Of a stretch of 64,000 bases of DNA, positions 52,291 through 63,108 are shown piece by piece. The stretch is taken from positions 9,494 to 73,493 of the forward strand of contig VRVR01000008.1 in NCBI GenBank assembly GCA_009859145.1, given 5' to 3'. The notes below the pieces were generated by a model. The model did no database searches and was not told where the DNA came from. It was given only the letters and a program-made list of their open reading frames with translations. The stretch's first letter is position 1. Each line of letters starts with the position of its first letter. This stretch comes from Andalucia godoyi And28 (Eukaryota; Protista; Jakobida). The translations under genes were made by a program, and so were the position numbers.

Positions 52291-53725
52291 TGCTGATGAT
52301 ACCGAGGAAGACGACGAAGACGACGATAAGGAGGAGAATGAAGAGTCTGGTGACGAGGATGAGGATGTTGTTATGCGAGACTCGAAGAATAAGACATTTG
52401 TGATTCCGGTTGACGAAGACGAAGACACGGAGGACGAGGAAGATACAGAAAACGGCTCTGATGTGGATTCTGAGGGAGGATTCTCCGTAGCGGACGACCA
52501 GGAAATGATGGCCATGGATGAAAAGCTTGCGGCTGTTGTGAAGGAGTTTCGAGCAAAGTCTTCTGGGACTGCGCGTCAGATCAAGTTGCTTCAAGACATG
52601 CTTCAGATCAAGTTCAAGGTTCTCGATTTGCTGGAAGTATTCGTGAAGACGGCAGCAACGGACGTCGCCAAATTCTCCGTTGTGTTTGGTATGATGCTTC
52701 CGCTGATCGAAGGATTCAAGAAGCTCTCCATGGCGGCCAGCAAGGATTCCAAGAAAATTTCTTCTGTGCAATCATTGATCGACCCTCTTGCTGCACGGCT
52801 GAAGAACTTGCTTCTTCAGCGTATCTGCAGAAGCAGGAACTTCTTGGACGAAAGCACATACAAGAGTGCGCCGGGACAGGTTAATGTTGCTGCACCGATG
52901 CGGTCCTTGTTCAGAGCGAGCATTCATTCTTCGCATCGAGCCGTTGTTACGTTGGCTTGCCAGTGTGTTTCGTTTTTGATGAAGGTCGACCATTTGATTG
53001 ATGCCAAGTATTGCGCATCCACAAAGGTTGCAAACGACGGTCTGAAAGACTTTTTGGAAAGGAAATCGACGCATCTCCCCGTTTCGTTCTTCATCGACAT
53101 GTTTAATCGCTTCCCGTACACTGTTGGCTGGGGACTTTCGGAGCCGATCCTGGCGTTCTTGGTTTCTTCGCAGGCAAAGAAATTCCGCAAGCAACAAGCA
53201 CTGCAGCTCTTTGAGCATTTGGTGATTCCGGAAGTTCGAAGAAACACAACTGGCTTTCCGTCCGACCTTGCCAGCCGAGTGAGCAAACATATTCACATTG
53301 CGTTGGCTGAATATTCTTCCCAGTTTGACTCCAATGCCAAGCTTGCAACATCCGCTGGCGTCGTGGACAAAAAGAAGCTGAGGGGCTTCTTCAAGTTTAC
53401 CAAACCGCTAGCGAAAATGACTTTGGAGACGCTGTCTTTTATTCAGAAGGCGCTTATCCCACGTGTTCCTGCAGCAGAACTTGAGAATGTCTTTTCCGCG
53501 GGCAGTCAACTGAAGACCACTCTCGAGCGCATCCAGTCGTCGATTTTGAAAGATAGGCCAGCAAATGACGTGGTTGCAAAGAACATCGTCGGATCCTTGG
53601 AGATCTTGAAGGCCGTGCTTCCAGAGGCATCACGCAAGACCGCAGTTCCGCAGGATGGCGTTGCTGAAAGCTCCAGACCAGCGAAGAAAGCAAAGGCAAC
53701 CAAGAAGTCGGTAACCAGCTTGTAA
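49889..53725 (+). CDS. MYBBP1A: Myb-binding protein 1A / Pol5 (DNA polymerase phi)-like nucleolar protein
   Basis: LQFFWDLA, LEYSLKRLVRGLASPRQAARQGFALALAEVL, HERKFLGFQIF, MDVFLDLLLAIL...LREVIKQVF, acidic tract, MMAMDEKLAAV. ATG at 49889. Confidence 0.9.
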
Positions 53726-53762
53726 AAAAGCCACTGATAATTTGTACTGTTATTTCTGTTTC

Positions 53763-56700
53763 TTAATGGTGCACATCGCTCTGCGATTCATCGTCGACAG
53801 TTTGAAAAGTGATGACTGGCTCCACCGCATTCTCAGGGGGAACACTTGCATTGCTAGGAGACGAAAACTTGAGGGACAGCGCATCGTACTGCTCCAGCTG
53901 AAGAGCGGAAATGCTGGGTTTGGTGGACTCGAGAGCCCGCAGAAAATCCTTCATTTCGACAAACAGCGTCGAAACACCGGACGTTTCCACGTAAATCTGC
54001 ATGGCATCCACTGACAATTGCTTCGTGCGAAACTCGGAGAGCAACCGCCTGAATGCAAGCATATTGGCCGTTTTGCACATTCCCGCTATGTCTGCACCGG
54101 TGAACGTGTCCGGCATTGCGCACGCAAGGCTCGGAAGATCCACATCCGGCGACAGTCTCATTGAATTCGTTGCTGCTCGCAGGACGAGCAGTTTGTCCGA
54201 TGCAGTTCGCTGAACTCCAACATAGACCAATCGTTCAAACCGGCCAGGTCGGAGCAGAGCGGGATCCACCAGATCGGGTCGGTTCGTTGCGCCGACGATC
54301 AACACGGGCTTGTTCACCGATGATGACACTTCGGCAAGATTGTCAATCATCGACACCAACTGACTCACCAGACGATCCATAACGCCCCCTGAATCACCAG
54401 ACACTCCTCGGGAAGGCACAATGGCATCCAATTCATCAAAGAACACTACGCAAGGGGCAATCTGGGCAGCTTCGTCCATAATCGCCCGAAGGCGACGTTC
54501 AGACTCGCCAATGTACATGTCCAACAGCTCTGGCCCTTTCACCGACAAGAAGGACATCGCACACTCGGTCGCTATCGCTTTTGCGACAAGAGTTTTTCCG
54601 GTTCCAGGAGGCCCATACATCAGCAAACCAGTTCGACGGCGGACGATTCCTGGGTGCCGCGCCATGTCCAGCAATTCAGCGACCTCTGTTCTGACGTTCT
54701 TGAGACCGCCAACATCTTCCCACTTGACCGAAGGAATCCGGGACGACTTCTTAACGTCTCCGTCTTCAGTGTGGGGCATCTTTTGTAAAACGGAGTCGCC
54801 GTCGACCACAGCGCCAAGAAACTGCGCTTTCGGGAGCGGAACGCTATCTTCCAACCAGTGCATCAGCAATCCGAATGGATTTTCGGTTTCAGGACCCGCA
54901 TCCACGAGCCGCGACGTCAGTATTTGCGACACATGCGGGACATCGGCAACTTGGACTGGAGTCTCGCTAAACATACTGTATGCGTAAGGAAAGGATGCAA
55001 CCAATCTGCTCACGAACAGCTGCACGTCATCGTCTCCAGCAATCCACTTGGAAGCACAAACCTGATGAGGACACACGCTTTGAAAATGGCTCGCAAACTC
55101 AGATTCACAAACAACAACCAAAGGAACACGAGCCTTGGCACACGGAAGCACAATCAGCTTGAAAAAAGCATCTTGAATGTCGTGGTGGCGATTCGTCAGA
55201 TAACAGCCGGGGCCTCGAGACCTAGACTGGACAAACGATGCCCCAATTTGATTGAGGATGGGGACATACGCCCGAGAGTCAACTTCGGATGTGCCATGGT
55301 CCTCCGGCGTGAGGGAGTTTGCTTGACAAAAAAGCAGTTCTCCATGAGAAAATACTATGCATGGGTTCTGGCGCGCATGCAGCTGCATAAAGTCGTGCAG
55401 GTCACTGCCAAGCTGCTTCAGCTCCGTCGCCAGCATTTGAGGACCATGTGTACCACCCAGCGATAACATATGAAGGGAGCCCAGACGATTCTTCAAGTTC
55501 AGCGGAAGGACGCAGAAACGCTCATGCAGAAGAAAGGATTCGAGCGACTGCAAGAGAATTTCCTGTGACACAAACGACGATGACTTTGACGTGTGCAAAA
55601 CAATGCGACTGTGATCTGTTTTCAATGACTCTAACACTGAGGATTTCATCTTCATCCCCATCCGTATTCCAAGAGACGGACAATAGTCGGTCACGGGAAA
55701 GTGGCGTCCTACGTCTTGGAAAAAGGCACTAGACAAGGGCATCCTGGATGGGCTGACATCGTGCGAAACGGTCAACTGGACGTGGCTGAAGTCCGTGCGA
55801 AACAGCGTTTGCGGGAGTTGGTGCACGGTTGTCGCCTGCTTGTTTGACGAAGTCCAGAAGCCCGCGCAGTGACTGTCTACCAGAGAGACAATCTTTTGGA
55901 AGATCCGTGCATCGTCTGCACGTGTGTTTTGATGCGCAGTAGGATGCTCGTTCTGGACAGCAAACGACAATCGCACGATCCAATCATCCATTCGAAACTC
56001 GAAAACATCATCCATGTGCAAGACCGGAAACTGCATCGTCAACGAAAATGATCGCGAACACTCTGCAAAGCGTTGGTTGAGGAAGCTGGAAAGACCATCA
56101 AAGAGATTCTTGGATTCGCCAGCGGTTGACAAAGGATCCATGTCAATGAGTTTTTTCGGAAGATTCCTTCCTCGCGCCTCGGAAACGATCGGATGGCACG
56201 TTGCGGACGCCCGCAATCGCGACACAAATGGAAGACGTCGCAAGAACACGTCATCAAGCAGTGTTTCCAGCACGCAGAGGCAGCTTTCAAAGTGGGCGGA
56301 CGCAGGACACTGGGCATCGGGAGCACTAGGCATCGCTTGTGCATACACGTGCGGCAACACAAGCGCATGATGTGGCGCATGTGCTTCCGAACAGAGCATG
56401 ACAAACAGTGCATCCTTCACGGATACTACATCGAGGCAAACCACTCTTCCGGAAGCATGTCGAGGTGAGAGCAAGACTGACATTCCGTCTCGCAGCTTCA
56501 TACTGTTGCACGCGGACTCTCGAAGGAACAAGGAATGCCGCAGCGGATTCACTTGCAAGTTTCCGGCATTCGGATTCGACAAGAATCGTCGCAAGACAGG
56601 CCACTTTAGAACCATGCAGGGATTCAGAACACGCACACAGTTCCCAACCACCTCCTTGACGGCATTGGCCATGTTCCGCGCATCAACTTGCGCGCTGTCA

Positions 56701-57410
56701 ACCACGACTCGAACGTCCGTGTTCGGTCCAATCGTTCCTTGCAAATGCGGGCCTGTCTCCACACACACGCGACTGCCCGTGAAGCGACGCACAACCGATC
56801 CAGCACTTGCAAAGCGACGCGGAACATCATCTGCATCTTTCACGTACACACGTACGGACTTGAGATGCATCGAGTGCAGATCGACGCCTTCTGGGAGCAA
56901 CCTCAACGCACATCGCATTCCAGAACACAACAAGTACGCATCTGCAATCGATCCTCTCAACAACAAGATTGGAGAATCCTTGCAGTCCATGCCGCCGCCA
57001 ACCACACACTGTCTTGCCAAGCCACGAAACCGCGGTGACTGCAAGAACACAAAAGGCGACACATGACGACAAGCCAAGAGTAGCGAGTCGTGAGAGACCA
57101 ACAGCGGCGAATACGGACTCTGGTACACAGGATGAGGGCGCGCATGGCAGTAAAGCATCCCCAACGAACCTAACGAGTCCGGTATCGATCCATCATCGCG
57201 GACATGCGCCCCGCTACTCCCCGCGTCCTTTCCAACGCTCCAAGCAGACAACGTGGAGGTGGCGGATGAAGATTGCACGGCCCGGAATGCCCCCTCCGAG
57301 TCCCAAACAAGAATCGCATCCACGCCATCATCCCCCAACTCGAACTCGGACTCTGGCCCTAACGCCAGTAGTACCGTCTTGTCACAAGCCCAGCTTCTCC
57401 TCTGGCTCAT
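53763..57410 (-). CDS. PEX6: Peroxisomal AAA ATPase PEX6
   Basis: IPSVKWEDVGGL, GLLMYGPPGTGKTLVAKAIATEC, VKGPELLDMYIGESE, FFDELD, GDSGGVMDRLVSQL, FTGAD. D1 domain degenerate. ATG at 57410. Confidence 0.9.
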   Translation of the reverse strand: MSQRRSWACDKTVLLALGPESEFELGDDGVDAILVWDSEGAFRAVQSSSATSTLSAWSVGKDAGSSGAHVRDDGSIPDSLGSLGMLYCHARPHPVYQSPYSPLLVSHDSLLLACRHVSPFVFLQSPRFRGLARQCVVGGGMDCKDSPILLLRGSIADAYLLCSGMRCALRLLPEGVDLHSMHLKSVRVYVKDADDVPRRFASAGSVVRRFTGSRVCVETGPHLQGTIGPNTDVRVVVDSAQVDARNMANAVKEVVGNCVRVLNPCMVLKWPVLRRFLSNPNAGNLQVNPLRHSLFLRESACNSMKLRDGMSVLLSPRHASGRVVCLDVVSVKDALFVMLCSEAHAPHHALVLPHVYAQAMPSAPDAQCPASAHFESCLCVLETLLDDVFLRRLPFVSRLRASATCHPIVSEARGRNLPKKLIDMDPLSTAGESKNLFDGLSSFLNQRFAECSRSFSLTMQFPVLHMDDVFEFRMDDWIVRLSFAVQNEHPTAHQNTRADDARIFQKIVSLVDSHCAGFWTSSNKQATTVHQLPQTLFRTDFSHVQLTVSHDVSPSRMPLSSAFFQDVGRHFPVTDYCPSLGIRMGMKMKSSVLESLKTDHSRIVLHTSKSSSFVSQEILLQSLESFLLHERFCVLPLNLKNRLGSLHMLSLGGTHGPQMLATELKQLGSDLHDFMQLHARQNPCIVFSHGELLFCQANSLTPEDHGTSEVDSRAYVPILNQIGASFVQSRSRGPGCYLTNRHHDIQDAFFKLIVLPCAKARVPLVVVCESEFASHFQSVCPHQVCASKWIAGDDDVQLFVSRLVASFPYAYSMFSETPVQVADVPHVSQILTSRLVDAGPETENPFGLLMHWLEDSVPLPKAQFLGAVVDGDSVLQKMPHTEDGDVKKSSRIPSVKWEDVGGLKNVRTEVAELLDMARHPGIVRRRTGLLMYGPPGTGKTLVAKAIATECAMSFLSVKGPELLDMYIGESERRLRAIMDEAAQIAPCVVFFDELDAIVPSRGVSGDSGGVMDRLVSQLVSMIDNLAEVSSSVNKPVLIVGATNRPDLVDPALLRPGRFERLVYVGVQRTASDKLLVLRAATNSMRLSPDVDLPSLACAMPDTFTGADIAGMCKTANMLAFRRLLSEFRTKQLSVDAMQIYVETSGVSTLFVEMKDFLRALESTKPSISALQLEQYDALSLKFSSPSNASVPPENAVEPVITFQTVDDESQSDVHH

Positions 57411-57804
57411 CTGTCGTACACATGCACACCCACACCAACGGAGCCACAAAGAGATACATGCATACGTTGAACATAAGAGTATGTTACAAAGCCGTTCAGA
57501 AGTGTCTTCTCCGCGATGTTCGCCGTCGTCTTCGCGATGTTCGCTTCGGTTTTCGTTTTTCGTTTTTCTTTTTTTATTTATTTTAAAATTAAAAAACCAT
57601 AAATTACTGATTTGTAAAGTCTGACGAGGAAAGAGGAATTGACAGCCTCATGTCAACCTCGTGTGGATGCGCGCTTGATGCTGCCTCACTTGAACCTTCA
57701 TGTTGTCGGGAGAATCCATTAAGGAGAAATCCAAGCTGTTTACATGTTGCTTCCTTTTGCATGTGTGTGTGTGTGTGCGTGAGAGAGAGTGGGTGTGTGT
57801 GACA

Positions 57805-58566
57805 ATGTCGGAGCGTGTTTGGATTCCACTTGAAGCAAATCCCGATGTGCTGAATGGGTATTTGGGGTCGCTTGGAGTGGATCCGTCGAACGAATACTCG
57901 TTTGTGGATGTGTATGGACTTGACTCGGATCTGCTGCAGATGGTTCCGCAGCCGGTGATTGCAGTGCTTTTGCTATTTCCGATCAACTCTGCTTCCGAGG
58001 ACGCACGCAAAAAGCAGAATGAAGAGCTGGATGCAGAGAATTTCAAAGCACCAGATAGCCTTTTATGGGTTCCGCAGTACGTTGGTAATGCATGTGGAAC
58101 GATTGCTCTCGTTCATGCACTCGCCAACAACCGGTCTTGCATTCCCCTTTCCAAAAACTCGTTGCTTGAAAACCTCATTTCTGTGTCATGCAGCGATGCG
58201 TCCAGTGGCGCCAAGGAGGACCCTGCGAAGCTAGCGGAAGAACGCGCCAAACTGATTGCAAAGTCGGAAGAACTCGACAAGGCACACGATGCAAGCGCGC
58301 GCGCAGGACAGTCGTCGGTTCCCGACGAGGCGGAGGCGCTTGCAGTGAATCTTCATTTTGTGTGTTTTGTCATGCACGAAGGAACCCTCTATGAGCTGGA
58401 TGGCAGAAAAAGAGGACCGATCCCTCATGGACCATGCGCCGATGCAAGCATGCTCCTCGAGAGAACGGCCGAGGTAATCAAGCGCGAGTTCATGGTCCAC
58501 GATCCGGAATCGATCCAATTCACCCTCGTTGCACTCGCCAAGTCCTCTCCTAATCCAGACAACTGA
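57805..58566 (+). CDS. UCHL3: Ubiquitin C-terminal hydrolase, C12 family (UCH-L3-like)
   Basis: WIPLEANPDV, catalytic QYVGNACGT, NLHFVCF and LYELDGRK. ATG at 57805. Confidence 0.94.
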   Translation: MSERVWIPLEANPDVLNGYLGSLGVDPSNEYSFVDVYGLDSDLLQMVPQPVIAVLLLFPINSASEDARKKQNEELDAENFKAPDSLLWVPQYVGNACGTIALVHALANNRSCIPLSKNSLLENLISVSCSDASSGAKEDPAKLAEERAKLIAKSEELDKAHDASARAGQSSVPDEAEALAVNLHFVCFVMHEGTLYELDGRKRGPIPHGPCADASMLLERTAEVIKREFMVHDPESIQFTLVALAKSSPNPDN

Positions 58567-59450
58567 CACACATGAGGAATCAGGGTGATGCTGTATACAT
58601 ATTCAACAGACACGGCATCTCGATTATTCCCAAAACCCGATGTCTGTCCATCATTTCCATCCAAGTGTCTCGTGTTATTATTGTGTGCGCGTGCGTGAGT
58701 AAACAGGAAATTCATAGAGTGGATTCCCCCCGGTATTCTGAATTCTGAATCGTACTGTTTAAGAATTTGAATTAATCAACGCTTGGTATTCCGACCTCAG
58801 ACGCCATGGAACCGCCGAAATGTGACTTCACGCACGTACTGGGCAAAATGCTCGTCAGCATCCTTCAGGACCCTTTCCTGTGATCGAGAAGAAGAAGGAG
58901 GTTTCGTCCGAGGCATGTCGGCATCGCCCAATGTGCAAAAAGAAATAAACCAAGAAAGAACGAGCAAACGAAGGAAAAAACAGGTACCACATGATTGCAG
59001 TTTTGCAGGGATGATTGTTCAACCCTTCTTGGTTAAATAATATGACTTCATTTTTTTATGATTTTAAATTAATAATAAAAATACGACGAATGGTGACGGC
59101 AGTTGTGCTGTTTTGGCAGTGTTTTTCTTTTTGTTTTGGAGTATTTAAAAGTAGTAAAATGTACGGAAGATTGTCCCACGTTTCTCCCACACTAGTGGTG
59201 AGGATCGTTCCTAGTCGACCGTCAATATTGCTGGTTAGAATAAATAATCAGTCCCATGCCACAACGAGCATGGTTCCTATCCGACAGCTTATTTAACGAA
59301 ATTCTACTTGAGAAACAAAAAAACAAGAAGAAAGTGCATAGCGCTTACGTCTTCAGCGGACACGCATGTGCAAAAGAAAACAGCCAAACCCTCATGAGGG
59401 GCGACAAAGGGTTTTTTCCTAGGGTTTCTCTGTATTTTTGTATTGTGGCA

Positions 59451-61184
59451 CTACAGCCGCTGATTTTCTACGACGGAAAAGGCATCGTCGAGGGCAAACT
59501 GCGTGGTCTGGGCATCTGCAGACCGTTTGAAGTAAGCAGAGACAATGGCGCGGAGAGAATGGTCAATAAATTCATTCTGTTCCAAGAGCGCCAATTCAAT
59601 CGCGGAGTGAACTCCACTGGTCGAGAGATCCGAAAGAAATGAAGAGAGCAACGCGGACAGCAAAGCAGTGCTGGCTTCTGCGCCCGCTCGCCTGCGCTTC
59701 CTGCTGCTTTCCGAGAACAGCGCGGTCGAATTCCCGTCTTTGAAATGCGCAGAAGAGGGATCGGAAGGGTAAACCAGATCTTGTGAGATGTCCCAAACGG
59801 AGTCCGTCATGTTTCGAGGGAGTTCCTTGATTGCAGAAAAACTAGGTTTTGACCTTGCATGTGCCGATGAGGAGGCAGAGGCAAGCAAGGATAAGCCAAC
59901 AGCAGACGTCGAAGACGCAGCAGCAGCAGAAGAAGAAGAAGAAGATGATGATGATGATGAAGTAGAGCTGGTTCTTGCGTTTCCAAACTCTCGAGAAACT
60001 GCATTAGAACTCCAAACTTGGATCATTGTGTCCAGGATCATCGGTAGATGCGCAGCTGCAAAAGAAGAAAATGATGATGATGATGATGATGGCAGTCCCG
60101 GCATCACCGAGAGCGGAAGAGGAATGGACCGCGTTCCATTCAGAATTTCAACGAGCGAATCTGTAGTGGACACTGAGAACGGAGGGCTTGCAGAATCGCA
60201 TTCAAACACGAGTTTCCAATCGTGCAGCACATCCAAAACAACCGTCTTGGGCGATGTCTTGACGCAGCTGGAAACGAGATTGCTTCGAACCGAGTAGAAG
60301 AAAGGTGAGTCGGTGCTGGAGCTATGTGAAGACGATGTCGGTGAAATATGAACATGCCGGCCAACACTGCTATTGCCACGGCTGTTCATGTTGCTGATGG
60401 TGATGCCATTGTTGCTGTTGTCGCTATTGCTGACGGCGTTACTTGCCATGTTGCTGCGACTGCCATTGGGTGTGATACTGACACTACTGTTGATCGCTGT
60501 GGTGGAAAATGCTGCAGCGTTGTGAGTGTTGTGGCTCACTGTCACTCGCGGCGGAGAAGAGCTGGAAGCAATCGAAGAGTCATTTTCCAATGCATTCCCC
60601 ACAGACAGGGACGAAACAGGAAGAATTGCTCCATGAGAAGAATCGATGAGCAACAATCGATCGTTTTCCTTGTCATCGTCGCCATTTGATTTTCCTACGT
60701 TTTGCGACTGCGACTGCGACTGCGATTGCGATCTTGAATCGTCTATACTCTCCGTGGAATCATTCCCCTTCTTTCTCCCGCTTCTGCTTCTTTTTGATCG
60801 CTGATAACCGTCGCCACCTTCCGACTTTGAACTGGGCAAAGAAGAAAAGTACATGAGCACACGACACGAAATCGGCGACGTCGACATCGTCACCATTGAA
60901 GCAGAACCCATTTGCTTTGAAATCTTGTCGGCCCGACTCTTGCTTGCTGCCGTTCCAGCTCCTGCTGTCGATGTTCCACCTGCTGCCGACGACGACGCCG
61001 GTTCGACTGACTTGCAGGAATGGTCAGAAAGAACAATGATGTGGATCCGAGAAGAGAGAAACACATGACTACAATCAGATCGGTAAAACGTAAAACAGCC
61101 AGAAGCAATTGTCGCGGACGACAAAGACAGCAAGCACTGTACCTCTGCTGGATCATGCGCTTCAAATAAAGGAAACTCTTCCAT
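59451..61184 (-). CDS. Hypothetical Ser/Asn-rich protein with small ordered segments
   Basis: 577-codon ATG-initiated ORF with triplet-repeat Ser runs and a helical C-terminus; no recognisable family. Confidence 0.65.
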   Translation of the reverse strand: MEEFPLFEAHDPAEVQCLLSLSSATIASGCFTFYRSDCSHVFLSSRIHIIVLSDHSCKSVEPASSSAAGGTSTAGAGTAASKSRADKISKQMGSASMVTMSTSPISCRVLMYFSSLPSSKSEGGDGYQRSKRSRSGRKKGNDSTESIDDSRSQSQSQSQSQNVGKSNGDDDKENDRLLLIDSSHGAILPVSSLSVGNALENDSSIASSSSPPRVTVSHNTHNAAAFSTTAINSSVSITPNGSRSNMASNAVSNSDNSNNGITISNMNSRGNSSVGRHVHISPTSSSHSSSTDSPFFYSVRSNLVSSCVKTSPKTVVLDVLHDWKLVFECDSASPPFSVSTTDSLVEILNGTRSIPLPLSVMPGLPSSSSSSFSSFAAAHLPMILDTMIQVWSSNAVSREFGNARTSSTSSSSSSSSSSSAAAASSTSAVGLSLLASASSSAHARSKPSFSAIKELPRNMTDSVWDISQDLVYPSDPSSAHFKDGNSTALFSESSRKRRRAGAEASTALLSALLSSFLSDLSTSGVHSAIELALLEQNEFIDHSLRAIVSAYFKRSADAQTTQFALDDAFSVVENQRL

Positions 61185-61564
61185 TTATTAGAGTATGCAG
61201 AAATGTTTTCTCAAAAACGCAATCAACGCCCCGTCGATATTTTGTTTTTTTGTACTCAATATATATATAATAACGGAATACCAACCCAGCGCAACGCAAA
61301 GCAACGCAACGCAAAAACAAAAAAATGGATCCATCGACTGAACAAAAAAAAAAAATCAAAACAGAAAAACGAATGCTGGAATAGAGGGAGAAGCCGCCGC
61401 CACAAGCGCTACGTACGCGGCAGAATCACGCGCCCTTTCTTTTTTCTGCTTTTTCACTTTTAACAACAGGTGAGGAAATCAGAGAGCACGGACAGCGGAC
61501 GTTTTGAATACTTTTTTACACGGGTGTTTGTGACGATGGAATATGGACACTTGGACGGGATCGC

Positions 61565-62647
61565 TCATGGAGCAGCAGCAGAAGAAGAAGAAGAAGAAGA
61601 GGACGAGGAGGAGGAGGAGGAGGATGCGGCATGTCGAAGGACAACGACAGTGCAGAATGCAACAAGTACCATGACTGAGCCCAGTTTTCGATAAAAGCTT
61701 CTTTGAGCTTCCCGAGCCCTGTCGCGGATGTGGGCAATGACACTGTGGACTTTATGCGGGAGTTCAGACACTGCGCCTTCATTGTCAATGACGAAATCAG
61801 CAAGTGCTGCCTTTTCTGCGATTGGCATCTGAGAGGCAATCCGCTGCTCGCGTTCGTGGTCCGAAAGCTCCGGGTTTCGAGCCGCAAACCGGGCTTTCTG
61901 TGTCTCGCTCGACACTTGGACTACCACCGTCGCGTGGGTCCACTTCAGGAGAAACTTGGACTCGAACAGCAGTGGCGCGTCCAACACCAGTAGCAACGGC
62001 TCGAACCACGGTCTCCCTTCGTCAATGCTTGCATGTTCCCTGCATCTGCCACTGTCTCTGTCTCTGCTTGTGATGGGACTCCATACAAGACAAAATGGAT
62101 GCGATACAGCTCGCCACAGTCCAAACACTGCTTGCTTTGCAAAGTGGATCATTGTGTACTTTAGGCACCGAAGCGCAATTGTCTTCATAATTTCGGGGTG
62201 TGTAATGGAGTTCAGCTTCTTTCGCAGTGCCGCATCAGCAAAGATGATCTGGCCAAGACGCTTACGATCGAGTGTTTTCGATTGCGGATCCACAACTTCA
62301 GAACCAAAATAAGACACTATGCGCTTGAATCCGCGCGTTCCGGGCATCACAACCTCCCTCGCTACGAGATCCAGGTCAACCACACGTATCTCTGCATTCC
62401 GACCCTTCTTCTTCCCATCGTCCTCGTCTTCTCCATCATCGACCCTGTCGATTGCTCTTCAACCAATACACAAACAAAATACACATACAATGTACTGATG
62501 AGTGATGCAAGCAGTGGTTCACAAAAGCACGTAGATAGAAAATGATTTTAAAATAAAAACAAAAGAGACGTACGACAAGAGTGCGGACACAGTGCTTTTG
62601 CCAGTTGAAATTCCCCCTGTAAGCCCCACAACATACACAAAACACAT
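61565..62647 (-). CDS. DCAKD: Dephospho-CoA kinase (DCAKD/Cab5/CoaE); exons 62647-62574 and about 62444-61565
   Basis: Exon 1 MCFVYVVGLTGGISTGKSTVSALL (P-loop) is absent from the track. Exon 2 has VVDLDLVAREVV, LDRKRLGQIIF...LNSITHPEI, VLDAPLLFES, SQMPIAEK..ADFVIDNEG and a C-terminal TM. Confidence 0.92.
62445..62573 (-). other. Intron in dephospho-CoA kinase gene (acceptor at 62445 or 62457)
   Basis: GTACGT donor at 62573. Two phase-2-compatible AG acceptors lie downstream of an in-frame TGA. Confidence 0.78.
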
Positions 62648-63108
62648 AGTTGCCAGTCGAGTGTCAGCACACCGATGAACACTGCAGACGAATGATTATA
62701 TGAAACTCGGATGTCGTGTTGGTCGGTAAAAAGACCAGAGCGGAAAAGAATGCACGAAGAGAAAACGGGGAAGGGAAGAAATGGTCTCCTCCAAGCAGCG
62801 ACTGTAAACCATAATAAGAGCTTCTTTTTTTTATTTTACGAAAGGCAGAATGCGTTGCCGTCCTTGTAGCAATTGTGATTTTTGCTGGATTGCATTTTTC
62901 ATGTACTTTCCTCCCGTGTTTCATTTCAGTCGTGATAACTCGGGCAAGGAAGACTTGTGCTCTTGAACGACGATATTTTCATTGCTTACGTTTCCATCTT
63001 GCACCTTTTCTTTCTTTCTTTCTTTTTTCTTTTTTCTTTTTTTGAATCTGCGTTATTTAATCTATTATGGTTTTTTGACAAAAGGCACGCCAAAAAAACC
63101 AAAACACA

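Noticed and set aside
49889-53725. DNA polymerase (Pol phi name)
   Set aside because: The family is an rRNA-biogenesis HEAT protein with no polymerase catalytic motifs.
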